The notes under the pieces are model-generated. The model was not told where the DNA came from. It saw nothing but the letters and a program-made list of their open reading frames with translations, and made no database searches. Below, piece after piece: positions 1 through 10,612 of a DNA stretch of 64,000 nt. Position numbers and translations under genes: made by a program. Each line of letters starts with the position of its first letter. The first letter of the stretch is position 1. Origin of the DNA: Candidatus Poribacteria bacterium (GTDB taxonomy: Bacteria; Poribacteria; WGA-4E; JAJDTR01); assembly GCA_965222225.1 (NCBI GenBank), contig CBDCTK010000002.1, forward strand, positions 2,336,001 to 2,400,000, in the 5' to 3' direction.

Positions 1-201
1 ATGTCTGACTTTCCACGATTCAAGGATCGCCACAGGAAGGCAATTCGCGAGGGAAGAAATTCGCTCAATTCCCACGTAGCCAGTAATCAACCGATGAAAG
101 GACTTTTGAGCGCGATTGCTACCCACACTGTCGCAATTCTCGTCGGCTTCTCAATCGCTTGCGCGAATGTTTGTCTTACACGCACCATTCCTCCGATGGC
201 A

Positions 202-1104
202 TCAAAGTTCCCATGCCTCAAAATCGCGCCAATCGAATTTTGGCTCCCAGCCAAGCATTGCCTTGGCTTTACGGATATCGAAGATAGCGGCATACGGATC
301 CGCCTCAAAGTATGCCATATCCTTGACCGGCGGACACTCCCCATAGATGGATTCTAGGATATCCAGCGTTGGAATGGAGTAGAAGGTGTGCCCCGCGGCA
401 AGAAAAAACGCCTCAAAGGGCACTTCGGCATCGGATTCAAATTCAAAGGTGGCGGCTGCGGCACAGGCGCGCGCCACGTCGCGGATGGCGATGTGAGCGC
501 CGAACCAGAGTTTGCCTTTCATCTCATCAAGACTCATGCCCGCTCGAGCACGGACTACAATGTTTCTTATGGATTCCTCGGTGCGCTTCATCCAGACCCA
601 CATGTATCGCAGAGAGACGACCTCCAAGCCAAACGCTTTGGCATAGTTGGCGCCAATTCGCTCGCCGAAATGCTTAGACAGACTGTAGGTCTCATGGGGC
701 CACAACGGGTGTTCCTCGTCAATGGGAACATACTGAGGCACTAACTCCACGCTGTGGATGCCGAAACCGGTACTTGACTCGCTGCAACCGTATATCACGC
801 GATTAACACCTTTGAGGCGGGCAGCCTCGAAAACGTTAAAAGATATGGTGGTGTTCACGCCGATTACCGTCTCCGGCGGATCGCCGCCGTAAGGGTCGGG
901 GATTGCCGCCAAGTGCACGACTTGGTCGAAGCTGTCGACTGCGCGGCAGGTATCTGTGAGATTCGTGAGGTCCACTTCGCGGAATGCCACGTCAACTTTA
1001 GGCGGAGCAAGGTCAAGGCTTGTGACGTTGTGACCGGCTGCAGCGAGTTCGTCACACACGTAAGTGCCGATAGCACCGCTGCCGCCAGTGACCGCAATAT
1101 TCAT
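202..1104 (-). CDS. NAD-dependent epimerase/dehydratase (extended SDR)
   Basis: N-terminal TGGSGAIG Rossmann motif, HLAA, YSLSK (YxxxK); GGAGGA RBS upstream. Confidence 0.9.
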   Translation of the reverse strand: MNIAVTGGSGAIGTYVCDELAAAGHNVTSLDLAPPKVDVAFREVDLTNLTDTCRAVDSFDQVVHLAAIPDPYGGDPPETVIGVNTTISFNVFEAARLKGVNRVIYGCSESSTGFGIHSVELVPQYVPIDEEHPLWPHETYSLSKHFGERIGANYAKAFGLEVVSLRYMWVWMKRTEESIRNIVVRARAGMSLDEMKGKLWFGAHIAIRDVARACAAAATFEFESDAEVPFEAFFLAAGHTFYSIPTLDILESIYGECPPVKDMAYFEADPYAAIFDIRKAKAMLGWEPKFDWRDFEAWEL

Positions 1105-1258
1105 AGCATAATCCTCCTCTCAACTTTCGAGTGATATTCTATCACTTACCCACTCGGAGCGCAAATCTGGTATAATAGACAGGTGATGGTCGTAATAGAT
1201 AATTACGCCAACGTCGGATTAGCAGTTCCACGTTGCGTTGAAGCAAATGAGGTTGTTC

Positions 1259-2080
1259 ATGATACGACACGATGAAGAAAATAGAACCTTTGATTGTGAA
1301 CCCACGCTGACAGATACCCAAGTTCTGAAGTTCTGCAGAGAAGGTTTTCTCATGCTGGAAGGTATCGTGCCGGACGAGATAAATCGGCGCACTTTCGCTT
1401 ATCTCGACGAGCACCCATCCAAGGGACCGAGCACCATCATCCTGGCGGACTGGTTCCGTGATAACGTGCTCCTTGAACCGCAAGTAGCGGGTGCGGTGAG
1501 ATCCATACTCGGCAGAGATGTCGGGCTGCCGGTACTCATGAGCAACCACCGCGTGCAGTGCCCTGCACCGCTGGGGGATTGGCATCACGACGCGGATTCG
1601 CCTTTTGGCCCCGAGGTCAACTATCTCCAGGTATTCTACTATCCGCAGGATGCTCCCGTGGAGATGGGGCCAACCGAGGTGCTGCCGGGCTCGCATTTGC
1701 AGGAAACACCGCGCGACGCAGAACACCACGGAGGCGTGTTAACGACCGCACCTGCGGGCTCGGTCTTCATCACGATTTACTCACTCTTGCACCGTAGAAC
1801 CAAATCTACCGCAGCCGAGATGCGTAATCTGTTGAAATGGAGCTATTGGCGAACCGTTCCACCAAATCGGGATTGGATTAATGAGCCCGACTTTGACTTC
1901 CACACCGCGAACTACGGTGGACACGGCGTATGCAATTACATCGCCCACATGTTCTACTGGCTCTGCGGGAAAGCGAGCGAGTTCCGCACATTAGGCGGCC
2001 AGTCTTGGCCCTGCAGCTTTCCGCCGGGCAGCCAAATCGGCAAGTCCTACGGCTTCCCATCCGGACCGCCGAAATGGTAG
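1259..2080 (+). CDS. Phytanoyl-CoA dioxygenase (PhyH) family 2OG-Fe(II) oxygenase
   Basis: WHHD (HxD) motif, GPTEVLPGSH, distal His in LLHRR; start placed at ATG 1259 after GAGG. Confidence 0.85.
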   Translation: MIRHDEENRTFDCEPTLTDTQVLKFCREGFLMLEGIVPDEINRRTFAYLDEHPSKGPSTIILADWFRDNVLLEPQVAGAVRSILGRDVGLPVLMSNHRVQCPAPLGDWHHDADSPFGPEVNYLQVFYYPQDAPVEMGPTEVLPGSHLQETPRDAEHHGGVLTTAPAGSVFITIYSLLHRRTKSTAAEMRNLLKWSYWRTVPPNRDWINEPDFDFHTANYGGHGVCNYIAHMFYWLCGKASEFRTLGGQSWPCSFPPGSQIGKSYGFPSGPPKW

Positions 2081-2211
2081 ATCAAGCGACTGAACAAGGA
2101 GATGAAGGGAGTGAATAACGACCGATCAACTGAATGGACAGTGAAGGCGATAGAAAGTCTAGATAGAGTTCCCATAGAGATCCCTCAAGCGAGCAAACAA
2201 CTGAACGAATA
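2080..2211 (+). repeat. Cluster of covarying GA-hairpin elements plus ATAG-N3/4-TCCC tails
   Basis: Full copy 2124-2153 gatcaa ct ga at ggaca gt ga ag gcgatag; partial copy overlaps the stop codon of the upstream gene. Confidence 0.9.
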
Positions 2212-2529
2212 TGGAATTATTGGCGAACCGTTCCATCAAAACGCGAAACGCCAGTTTCCAGCAATAATCCAGTTGGAACTTACTCCGAGAGACTAGCAGG
2301 TTGGGTCTATGCAACAGTCACGCATGGACAACTCCCATCTAAAGCTGAAATTTTCTTGACTGTGGGGCGGGGGTATGATATACACTATGTTAATCATGAA
2401 GGTGGCGAATAGTCACCATTATGCGTGCAGTAGAATCGACCTCTTGAGAGCTGAAGTCCGGCAATATTGATGCTTGGATTTCACAGGACTTCCAAAACTT
2501 GAACCTAACACTTGAAAAGGAGTTCTACC

Positions 2530-3489
2530 ATGAAGAAGAAACTTGCGGCTATCACACTAAGTTGCGTGCTACTGTTCAGCGTCGCCGTGCTAGGTATAAA
2601 CGCACAGGCCCCGACAGAACCAAAGATTGTCTTCATGACCGATCGGGATGGGAACTTTGAAGTCTACATTATGAACAAGGACGGGAGCAATCCGCAAAAC
2701 CTGACCAACAATCCCGCTGACGACTTTGCCGCAAGGTGGTCTCCTGACGGCACAACTATAGCTTTTGTCAGCGGCAGAGATCACATGGGTTGGGAAGGGG
2801 ACGTTTACCTTATGGACCCCGATGGTAGCAATCAACGCAGTCTAGGAAACACTCCGGAGGGTGAACAGGATTTAGGGTGGTCTCCTGACGGCAAACAGAT
2901 TGTCATGGAGGTGAATATTGAACCGCGCCAAATCTTCGTTATGGACGCCGATGGTGAAAATCGCCTTCAACTAACGGACGAGACGATGGCAGACAACCAG
3001 CAGCCATCCTTCTGTCCTGACGGTCGTATCGCCTTCACCTCCGGTCGGGATGGGAACGGTGAAGTCTACCTTATGGACGCTGATGGGGGTAATCAGACCA
3101 GAATAACGAACCATGCCGCAACTGACCGGGAGCCAACCTGTTCTCCGGACAATACACAAATCGCTTTCTGGTCCGATCGGGCTGGGGATCTGGAAGTCTT
3201 CGTTACGGGTATCGATGGCGGCGATGCACGCAACATAACGAGAACTCCCGGGCATCACTGGCCTTCGCACTGGTCTGCTGACGGTTCGGAGATACTCTTC
3301 ACCTCCGAGCGTGATGGGAACGGCGAAATCTACATCATGAATTCCGATGGCAGCAATCAAGTCAACTTAACAAACCATGGCGGCTATGACGACCGTCCGG
3401 ACTTGTTTGAGCCTGGTGCCGGGACGGCTGTGTCTAGTCTTGGCCGGTTCAAAGCAACATGGGGCTGGATTAAGCAGAAGACCAAATAA
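2530..3489 (+). CDS. Secreted TolB-like/PD40 beta-propeller protein (paralog 1)
   Basis: Signal peptide, repeated WSPDG..IAF.S.RDG...IY.M motifs, C-terminal TWGWIK tail; AAGGAG RBS before ATG 2530. Confidence 0.9.
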   Translation: MKKKLAAITLSCVLLFSVAVLGINAQAPTEPKIVFMTDRDGNFEVYIMNKDGSNPQNLTNNPADDFAARWSPDGTTIAFVSGRDHMGWEGDVYLMDPDGSNQRSLGNTPEGEQDLGWSPDGKQIVMEVNIEPRQIFVMDADGENRLQLTDETMADNQQPSFCPDGRIAFTSGRDGNGEVYLMDADGGNQTRITNHAATDREPTCSPDNTQIAFWSDRAGDLEVFVTGIDGGDARNITRTPGHHWPSHWSADGSEILFTSERDGNGEIYIMNSDGSNQVNLTNHGGYDDRPDLFEPGAGTAVSSLGRFKATWGWIKQKTK

Positions 3490-3701
3490 GATTGGATACT
3501 CTTTAAGGTTACGTTTACCCTCGTGTTCTTGGTGGTGTAACCTCCGCAAACTCTACACAACTGGTAGCCCAACTTTCTAAATTGACAATTTCGCGAGCAA
3601 CCCGTCAAAACCAAGATAGAATCTTGGGCTACGAGTTGATTTGCCAAAGTCAAGCTAAATGAAGGCGGTAAATAGTTGGCAAAGTTTTAGGGAGGCTTAC
3701 G

Positions 3702-4685
3702 ATGGGATTTAAAGAGAGATCTGCATACATCTCGTTAAGTTGCGTGTTATTCTTGAACGGCGCTGTGCTGTACGCATACGCAAAAGCGCCCGAAGGAACA
3801 AGGATCGCCTTCGAGTCCGGCCGACGTTTACATGGCGGGCTCACCGAAATCTTCATTATGGATGCGGATGGGAAGAATGAACACCCCCTATTCGTCGTCC
3901 CGCCTCATAACGACCAATATCCAGCCTGGTCGCCTGACGGTAGAAAAATGGCTTTCACCTCCCAGCGGGATGGCGGTCAGGGAATCTGGCTTGTGACTCT
4001 TAACAGTGACCGTCCACTGGGCGCCGAGGCCGGCAAACCGTTCCAACTGACGAGTAATCCCGGTTTGGACCAATATCCAGCCTGGTCGCCTGACGGTAAA
4101 AAAATCGCCTTCCAATCCAATCGGGATAAGAACTGGGAAATCTACGTTATAGATGCCGATGGGACAAGAAAGCGCAGACTGACCAACCATCGCGCGTCTG
4201 ACACTACTCCAGCTTGGTCTCCTGACGGTAGGGAAATCGCCTTCGTCTCCGCACGGGATGGTAACCTTGAAGTCTACGTTATGGATCGCTCTGGGAACAA
4301 TCAACACAACATAACGAACCATGCCTTCACTGACACGAATCCAAGCTGGGCTCCCAGCGGTAACAAGATTACCTTTAGCTCCTATCGGGATGATAGCGAG
4401 GAAATCTATGTTATGGATGCCAATGGAAAGAATCAACGTAACATAACGAACCACCCCTCGCTTGACAGCAATCCATCCTGGTCCCCTAGCGGCAGCACTA
4501 TCGCCTTCCAATCCAATCGAGACGGTAACCTGGAAATCTACGTTATGGATACCAATGGGAACAATCAACGTAGGCTAACAAGAAAAGCCGAGTTTGACAA
4601 AAATCCCGCTTGGTTTGATCCTCGTGGCCTTTCTGTCTCCCCTGCCGGCAAACTCAAAACATTGTGGGGCTGGATTAAGAAGTAG
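3702..4685 (+). CDS. Secreted TolB-like/PD40 beta-propeller protein (paralog 2)
   Basis: PAWSPDG repeats, signal peptide, VSPAGKLKTLWGWIKK tail; GGGAGG RBS. Confidence 0.9.
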   Translation: MGFKERSAYISLSCVLFLNGAVLYAYAKAPEGTRIAFESGRRLHGGLTEIFIMDADGKNEHPLFVVPPHNDQYPAWSPDGRKMAFTSQRDGGQGIWLVTLNSDRPLGAEAGKPFQLTSNPGLDQYPAWSPDGKKIAFQSNRDKNWEIYVIDADGTRKRRLTNHRASDTTPAWSPDGREIAFVSARDGNLEVYVMDRSGNNQHNITNHAFTDTNPSWAPSGNKITFSSYRDDSEEIYVMDANGKNQRNITNHPSLDSNPSWSPSGSTIAFQSNRDGNLEIYVMDTNGNNQRRLTRKAEFDKNPAWFDPRGLSVSPAGKLKTLWGWIKK

Positions 4686-4861
4686 ACCGAATAAGATTTG
4701 AAAGTCTTTAAGGTCATATTGGTCCTTGTGTTCTTGACGGAGCGAATCCTCCGCTAGCTCTACACAACTCGACTTTGGCTAAAGTCACATCCTGGCAAAT
4801 GGCCAAAGTCGAGTATAAATGAGGGTGGTAAATAGTTGCCAAAGCTTTAGGGAGGCATACG

Positions 4862-5866
4862 ATGGGATTCAAACAGAAACTTGCGTATATCTCGTTAAGT
4901 TGCGTGATACTGTTGAGTGGCATTGCGCCATTTACAAACGCGCAAGCGCCCAAGGAAACAAGGATTGCCTTCGAGTCCGGCCGACGTCTCGACGGGCTCA
5001 GCGAAATCTACATAATGGACACGAACGGAAATAATGAACACCCCCTGATGAAAGAAGCACCTGGCAACGAGCAATATCCCGCCTGGTCTCCTGACGGGAA
5101 AACAATTGCCTTCACCTCCAATCGGGATGGTGGTGGTGGGTCGGCGCTGGTGGATATCTACCTTGTGGATCTCGAGGGTGACAGAGAACTGGGTCTCAAG
5201 GATGGCAATCCACGCAACATAACGAACAATCCCGCATTGGACCACTATCCCGCCTGGTCTCCTGATGGGAAAAGTATCGCCTTCCAATCCAATCGGGATA
5301 AGAACTGGGAAATCTATGTTGTAAATGCCGATGGAGAAAATCCACGCAGACTGACGAGCAATCGAGCGGCTGACAGTACTCCAGCCTGGTCTCCTGACGG
5401 TAGGGAAATCGCCTTTGTCTCTGCGCGGGACGGTAACCTCGAAGTCTACCTTATGGATCGCACTGGGAACAATCAACACAACATAACGACCCATGCCTTC
5501 ACTGACACGAATCCAAGCTGGGCTCCCAGCGGTAACAAGATTACCTTTAGCTCCTATCGGGATGATAGCGAGGAAATCTATGTTATGGATGCCGATGGGA
5601 AGAATCAACGCAACATAACGAACCACCCCTCGCTTGACAGTAATCCCGCCTGGTCTCCTGACGGGAAAAGTATCGCCTTCCAATCCAATCGGGACGGTAA
5701 CCTCGAAATCTACGTAATGGATACAGATGGAAACAATCAACGCAGGCTAACGAGAAAAGCCGAGTCTGACAAGAATCCCGCTTGGTTTGATCCTGCTGGG
5801 TTTTCCGTCTCGCCTGGCGGCAAGTTCAAAACATTATGGGGCGGGCTTAAGCAGAAGATTGAATAG
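4862..5866 (+). CDS. Secreted TolB-like/PD40 beta-propeller protein (paralog 3)
   Basis: PAWSPDG repeats, long near-identical blocks with paralog 2; GGGAGG RBS. Confidence 0.9.
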   Translation: MGFKQKLAYISLSCVILLSGIAPFTNAQAPKETRIAFESGRRLDGLSEIYIMDTNGNNEHPLMKEAPGNEQYPAWSPDGKTIAFTSNRDGGGGSALVDIYLVDLEGDRELGLKDGNPRNITNNPALDHYPAWSPDGKSIAFQSNRDKNWEIYVVNADGENPRRLTSNRAADSTPAWSPDGREIAFVSARDGNLEVYLMDRTGNNQHNITTHAFTDTNPSWAPSGNKITFSSYRDDSEEIYVMDADGKNQRNITNHPSLDSNPAWSPDGKSIAFQSNRDGNLEIYVMDTDGNNQRRLTRKAESDKNPAWFDPAGFSVSPGGKFKTLWGGLKQKIE

Positions 5867-6140
5867 TGTCGTTCTTGACGGATTCGGTCGCTTGCAGTAC
5901 GCTTAATTCTTTCCCTTGTGCCACTTAATTGTCCGTGGGTTGTCGCGTCTGCCTTCTTTCGATCAAGCCCTACTCAGGTTTCGCTACTCTTGAACGCGAT
6001 CTTAACAACCCTGATTGTCCCAACTGTTAGCACGCTGTCTCCCGCTGAGCCAGGAGCAGCAACTCCGCTCCTGAATCGCGAAAATCTCCTCGCGATTCAT
6101 ACCTTTGCAAGGCCTCCAACACGTGAACGGGAGTGTTGCG

Positions 6141-7097
6141 ATGAAGAAGACACCGGTATCTATCACACTAAGTTTCGCTCTACTGTTCAGCGTCGCTGTG
6201 CCATGTATAGACGCACAAGCACCGACAGAGGCAAAGATTGTCTTCATGACCGATCGGAATGGGAAATGGGAAATTTACAGTATGAATAAGGACGGGAGCA
6301 GGCTACAAAACCTAACCAAAAATCCCGGTGACGACTTTGCCCCAAGGTGGTCTCCTGATGGCACAACCATAGCCTTCTGCAGCGGCAGGGATCACGAGGG
6401 TTGGGAGGCGGACGTTTACCTTATGGATCCCGATGGCAGCAATCAACGCAGTCTGGGGAATACTGCGGAGGCTGAGCAGGATTCAGGGTGGTCACCTGAC
6501 GGCACACAGATTGTCATGGAGGTGAATCTTGGTCGGCGGCAAATCTTCGTCATGGATGCCGATGGTGAAAATCGCGTTCAACTGACGGATGTGGCGCAGG
6601 GAGAAAACCAGCAGCCATCCTGGTGTCCTGACGGTAGTATCGCCTTCACATCTGATCGGGATGGGAACGGTGAAATCTACCTTATGGACCCCGATGGCGG
6701 CAATCCGCGCAGGATAACAAACCATGCCGCCACCGACCGGGAGCCTACCTGCTCTCCCGACGGTAAAAAAATCGCTTTCTGGTCCGATCGCGCCGGGGAT
6801 TTGGAAGTCTTCGTTATGGATATCGATGGGGGCAATCCACGCAACATTACGAGAACTCCCGGGGATCAATGGCCCTCCGAATGGTCTTCTGACGGTAAAG
6901 AGATACTCTTCACCTCCGAGCGGGATGGGAACGGTGAAATCTACATTATGAATTCCGACGGTAGCAATCAAACCAACCTAACAAACCATCGCGGCTATGA
7001 TGACCGTCCGCACCTGTTTGATCCTCGTGGGTTTTCTGTCTCGCCTGGCGGCAAGTTCAAAGCAACATGGGGCTGGCTAAAGCAGAACATTGAGTAG
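6141..7097 (+). CDS. Secreted TolB-like/PD40 beta-propeller protein (paralog 4)
   Basis: Body closely similar to paralog 1; start at MKKTP after GGGAG. Confidence 0.9.
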   Translation: MKKTPVSITLSFALLFSVAVPCIDAQAPTEAKIVFMTDRNGKWEIYSMNKDGSRLQNLTKNPGDDFAPRWSPDGTTIAFCSGRDHEGWEADVYLMDPDGSNQRSLGNTAEAEQDSGWSPDGTQIVMEVNLGRRQIFVMDADGENRVQLTDVAQGENQQPSWCPDGSIAFTSDRDGNGEIYLMDPDGGNPRRITNHAATDREPTCSPDGKKIAFWSDRAGDLEVFVMDIDGGNPRNITRTPGDQWPSEWSSDGKEILFTSERDGNGEIYIMNSDGSNQTNLTNHRGYDDRPHLFDPRGFSVSPGGKFKATWGWLKQNIE

Positions 7098-7422
7098 TGC
7101 TGTTCTTGTCCTTGTGCCGCCTAATTGTCGGTGGGCTGTCACCTCTACCTTGCTTTGTTCTCTCAGAGATTAAATCCTGCTCCATTTCAGCGAATAAGGA
7201 AAGCAGAATACTCATCACTTTCGTTTGAAGGTTCGCGAGAGCAGATAAATCAATATCTGTCTTGATAGCGACAAGCCTGCCTGTTTTTGAATCAACCCCT
7301 CACCGAGGGAAATAACCTGTCCAAGACTTCGCCCCGCCCGAGATTCGACCTATGCTAGGTCTCGGAAGCATTCAATGACTTTCTTTCTATTTTAACTTAA
7401 GCGCTATCGCATCTTATCTTCA

Positions 7423-7452
7423 TTGACGGGACAAGTGGAAAACGGGTAAGAT
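7423..7452 (+). promoter_or_regulatory. Putative sigma70 promoter
   Basis: TTGACG-N18-TAAGAT upstream of the gene at 7546. Confidence 0.45.
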
Positions 7453-7545
7453 AATTCCCGAAAAACTGTTGGTTCCTTACTGGTTACCTGCCCATACCGC
7501 TAACGTCAGCACAATACGTCACTAGAAATGTAAGGAAATACAATA

Positions 7546-8652
7546 ATGACAACTGCGTATGTTTTGTCCGTTTGTTTTCTCATCGGACTATGGATTACGG
7601 GCGACGCGCTAGCTCAGAGGGATAAGGGAACAATCGTCTGGTCCTCTAATAGAAACACGAGAGACCCAGGTGAGCCTCCAGGTAAAAACCATGATCTCTG
7701 GGTTATGGAGGCCAGAGACGGCAAAAACCGAATAAGAGTCACAGATCTTCCAAAGAATGAGATGGAACCCACATGGTCTCCCGATGGCTCGCAGATCGTC
7801 TTTGCAAGTAACAGGGATGGAAAGAACGACATCTTCACTATCGATGTAGATTGGGACGAGCTTGGTAGGGTGATTTCTGCGCCGCATAAACACGGTTGGA
7901 GAGTTGCTGCTACGATGAACAACAATGTGCGAAATCTGACAAACGATCCCGGCAACACTGATGAGTCGCCAACATGGTCGGGAAACGGTGAGACAATTGC
8001 CTATGTGTCCAGGAGAGACGGGAACCGTGAAATCTACCTTATGCGTTCCGACGGGAGCGGTCAACGCAATCTGACAAATCATCCCGCAGAGGACCGCGAG
8101 CCGGCGTTCTCTCATGACGGCACAATGATTGCCTTCAGAAGCAATCGGGACGGGTCCGAAAACATCTTCATGATGAACGCCGATGGAAGTGGCGTAGAAA
8201 GAATAACCGACCACCCCGGCAGCGAATCGCAACCAACGTGGTCGCGTAGTGCCAAAAAAATCGCCTTCTCAACGAATAGGGACGGGAATGGTGAGGTCTA
8301 CACGATAGATATTGAAACGAAGAAGGAACGCAACATTACCGACAATCCGCGTTGGGGAGAAAGCTCTCCAATGCTGCCTGCTAACGGTAGAGACATTATC
8401 TTCTCCGCCGTGGTTGGAGCTGACAGCTTCCAAGCCGACCTCCTTGTTATTGAAGATTTCGAGAAGTGTGGAGCAAGGTGCAAGCCCGTGAACCTACTTG
8501 AAGATATGGACCCCTGGGGTAGGGGCCGCGGTACTAGGGATATTGACCCTGACTGGTTTGATCCGGCGTTTCCACGGGCTGTCTCCCCCGACGGGCAGAA
8601 ACTGACTACGATGTGGGGAAAGATAAAACTCATGGGCGCCGGCCGAAAATAG
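7546..8652 (+). CDS. Secreted TolB-like/PD40 beta-propeller protein (paralog 5, divergent)
   Basis: PTWSPDG repeats, signal peptide, AVSPDGQKLTTMWGKIK tail. Confidence 0.88.
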   Translation: MTTAYVLSVCFLIGLWITGDALAQRDKGTIVWSSNRNTRDPGEPPGKNHDLWVMEARDGKNRIRVTDLPKNEMEPTWSPDGSQIVFASNRDGKNDIFTIDVDWDELGRVISAPHKHGWRVAATMNNNVRNLTNDPGNTDESPTWSGNGETIAYVSRRDGNREIYLMRSDGSGQRNLTNHPAEDREPAFSHDGTMIAFRSNRDGSENIFMMNADGSGVERITDHPGSESQPTWSRSAKKIAFSTNRDGNGEVYTIDIETKKERNITDNPRWGESSPMLPANGRDIIFSAVVGADSFQADLLVIEDFEKCGARCKPVNLLEDMDPWGRGRGTRDIDPDWFDPAFPRAVSPDGQKLTTMWGKIKLMGAGRK

Positions 8653-8698
8653 ATGGCTCACTATTTATCTCCGATTCCGTTCCTGTATCGAGAAATTT

Positions 8699-8750
8699 GA
8701 AAACCCTCGAATCTTCTTAATGAAAAGAGGCCCGAGGGTTTTCTGTTTCT
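8699..8750 (+). terminator. Possible terminator hairpin
   Basis: GAAAACCCTCG...CGAGGGTTTTC inverted repeat followed by TGTTTCT after the TolB cluster; the loop is long. Confidence 0.4.
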
Positions 8751-8818
8751 GCGCGGCACATTTTTGCAAAAATTGCCGTAGGAGATCAAGTGAGCGAATA
8801 TATTAAGCGAGTACATTT

Positions 8819-8839
8819 GTAGGGTGGGCACTGCCCACC
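8819..8839 (+). repeat. GTAG-type REP palindrome GTAGGGTGGGCACTGCCCACC
   Basis: Identical copies at 29278-29298 and 35580-35600; variants at 11271, 38706 and 40141. Confidence 0.85.
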
Positions 8840-9019
8840 ATGCCTTTTAGAATGCGATTGTAGATTCATCAAATCCCCAATTCCCCTCGTAACTCGACTT
8901 AGAACAAAAATACAACGGTTGCGTTGTGGGGAAATCCGTACAACGCCGAACCCGTAGGCGGGGATCGACTGGAGCCCGATAGCGGTTTATCCTTTCTGAG
9001 CGACTAGGGAGATGAGCGA

Positions 9020-10612
9020 ATGTTGAAATCAGCAATATCGAGCCTATATTCCCTTCTTGGACGTTGGAGGGAGACAGCCACTTCAGTACAAAAGAAAAGA
9101 ATTCTCATCTTGTTGCTGATTGTACTGTATATCTCGCCGCTATGGATATTCAAATACTTCCAATCCCAGGATGGGGCAGCCCACGTCTATAATGCGTATG
9201 CGTTGAGAGTATTCCATGATGAAGGATCAACTCTTCTGAGGGAATATTTCAAGCTCAATCTCACACTTTTCCCCAACTGGCTCGCGCATGTCTGCATGTC
9301 ATTGCTGATGTATATTTTCCCTCCTTTAATAGCGGAAAAAATTCTTCTGAGCGCCATCATCGGTTTGTTTCCATTGTCATTTTTCTATTTTCTTGACTCG
9401 GCGCATAAGGGAAAGAGTCTATACGGTTTTCTGGGATTTCTGTTCGCGGACAGCTACCTGCTGCACATGGGGTTCTATAGTTTTGCCCTCTCTGTGCCAT
9501 TGTTTTTCTTTGCATTGGGCTATTTCATAAAGCACAAAGAGGATATGAGAGTCAATAGAATAGCAATCCTCTATCTCTTTTGCATACTGATTTTCTTCTG
9601 CCACATTCTCTCATACGCTCTTCTCATACTTTCCCTAACTCTCCTGTCCATTACATCTTTTTATCGCAGACCAAAACAGATCGTGCAGCTTCTGCTCTGC
9701 ATGTTGCCGTTGTACTTTATCATGGCAAATTACCTACTCTCAACCGAAGTTGGACAGGCAAGCGACCGAATGAACATAAGATGGGAGCGTCTCGGCGAAT
9801 GGAAAGCTTGGGATTATTTGCTTAGCGCCAAGATGTTGATGTTCTTTACCAGTGCTCACCTGATTCCAACGCGTCTCATGTCGGTTCTGGTGGGGCTGTT
9901 GTTCGTAGCTACTTTATATAAAAGAATCCGCCAGAGAAAGATTATGAGCCAAGACAACCAGTTTCTCCTGCTGTGCGGTGTTTTCACATTTTTCTATTTC
10001 ATTATGCCTTGGGGAATGGGGACTGGCTCCTTTATCACTGCCAGGGTTCCTCTCTTCATTATTCCGGTGTTGTTACCGTTTCTTAGCGAAGATTTCCACA
10101 AATACGTCAGAAACGGGATTGTTTCGGTCATAGTCATCCTTTCCATTGCCCATCTTGCCATAAGCTACAGCTACTATTATCCTCTGGACAAAGGTATGAA
10201 GGAGTACACATCCGGTGTTCATCTCATCGAGAAAAACAAGACTGTCTTAGGCCTCAGTTCCAATTTTCGTCCGGGCGTCAAAGAGGTGCCGCCGGTCACC
10301 CACCAGCCTTATTTCCATATCAAACCGTTTTGCACCGCGATAGACTATTATTGCTTGAGTAACAACGGTGTTAGTTTGACCAATTACGAAGCCAAGTTTG
10401 ATTACTTTCCGCTGAATTGGAGAACCAAACATTCAGGAACGATTGATTACATAGTGGCATGGAAACTGGACATGTCGAATGTGATGTGGGGTGAAAGCGA
10501 TCCTATCCACGGCCTGGATTACAAGGGGATAGCAGATAGTCTGGAAACGGATTACGAATTGATTCATTCCACAGAAAACCTGCAAGTCTATCGTCACCGA
10601 TCAAGCGACTGA
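9020..10612 (+). CDS. Polytopic membrane protein, possible GT-C-fold glycosyltransferase
   Basis: Many hydrophobic helices, SQDGAAH motif in the first loop, soluble C-terminal domain; visibly AT-rich; last codons and stop come from a hairpin element. Confidence 0.6.
   Translation: MLKSAISSLYSLLGRWRETATSVQKKRILILLLIVLYISPLWIFKYFQSQDGAAHVYNAYALRVFHDEGSTLLREYFKLNLTLFPNWLAHVCMSLLMYIFPPLIAEKILLSAIIGLFPLSFFYFLDSAHKGKSLYGFLGFLFADSYLLHMGFYSFALSVPLFFFALGYFIKHKEDMRVNRIAILYLFCILIFFCHILSYALLILSLTLLSITSFYRRPKQIVQLLLCMLPLYFIMANYLLSTEVGQASDRMNIRWERLGEWKAWDYLLSAKMLMFFTSAHLIPTRLMSVLVGLLFVATLYKRIRQRKIMSQDNQFLLLCGVFTFFYFIMPWGMGTGSFITARVPLFIIPVLLPFLSEDFHKYVRNGIVSVIVILSIAHLAISYSYYYPLDKGMKEYTSGVHLIEKNKTVLGLSSNFRPGVKEVPPVTHQPYFHIKPFCTAIDYYCLSNNGVSLTNYEAKFDYFPLNWRTKHSGTIDYIVAWKLDMSNVMWGESDPIHGLDYKGIADSLETDYELIHSTENLQVYRHRSSD

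Noticed and set aside
1-357. ORFs 1-357 (+) and 87-344 (-)
   Set aside because: They overlap the epimerase and have no recognisable motif.
2124-2153. Kink-turn or SECIS identity for the tandem-GA hairpin
   Set aside because: It lacks the 3-nt bulge of a k-turn, its helices are far shorter than in a SECIS, and it has no association with in-frame UGA.
2590-8633. Long antisense ORFs over the TolB-like genes (e.g. 3888-4568, 4895-5740)
   Set aside because: They are shadows of repetitive sense genes, with no motifs or RBS.
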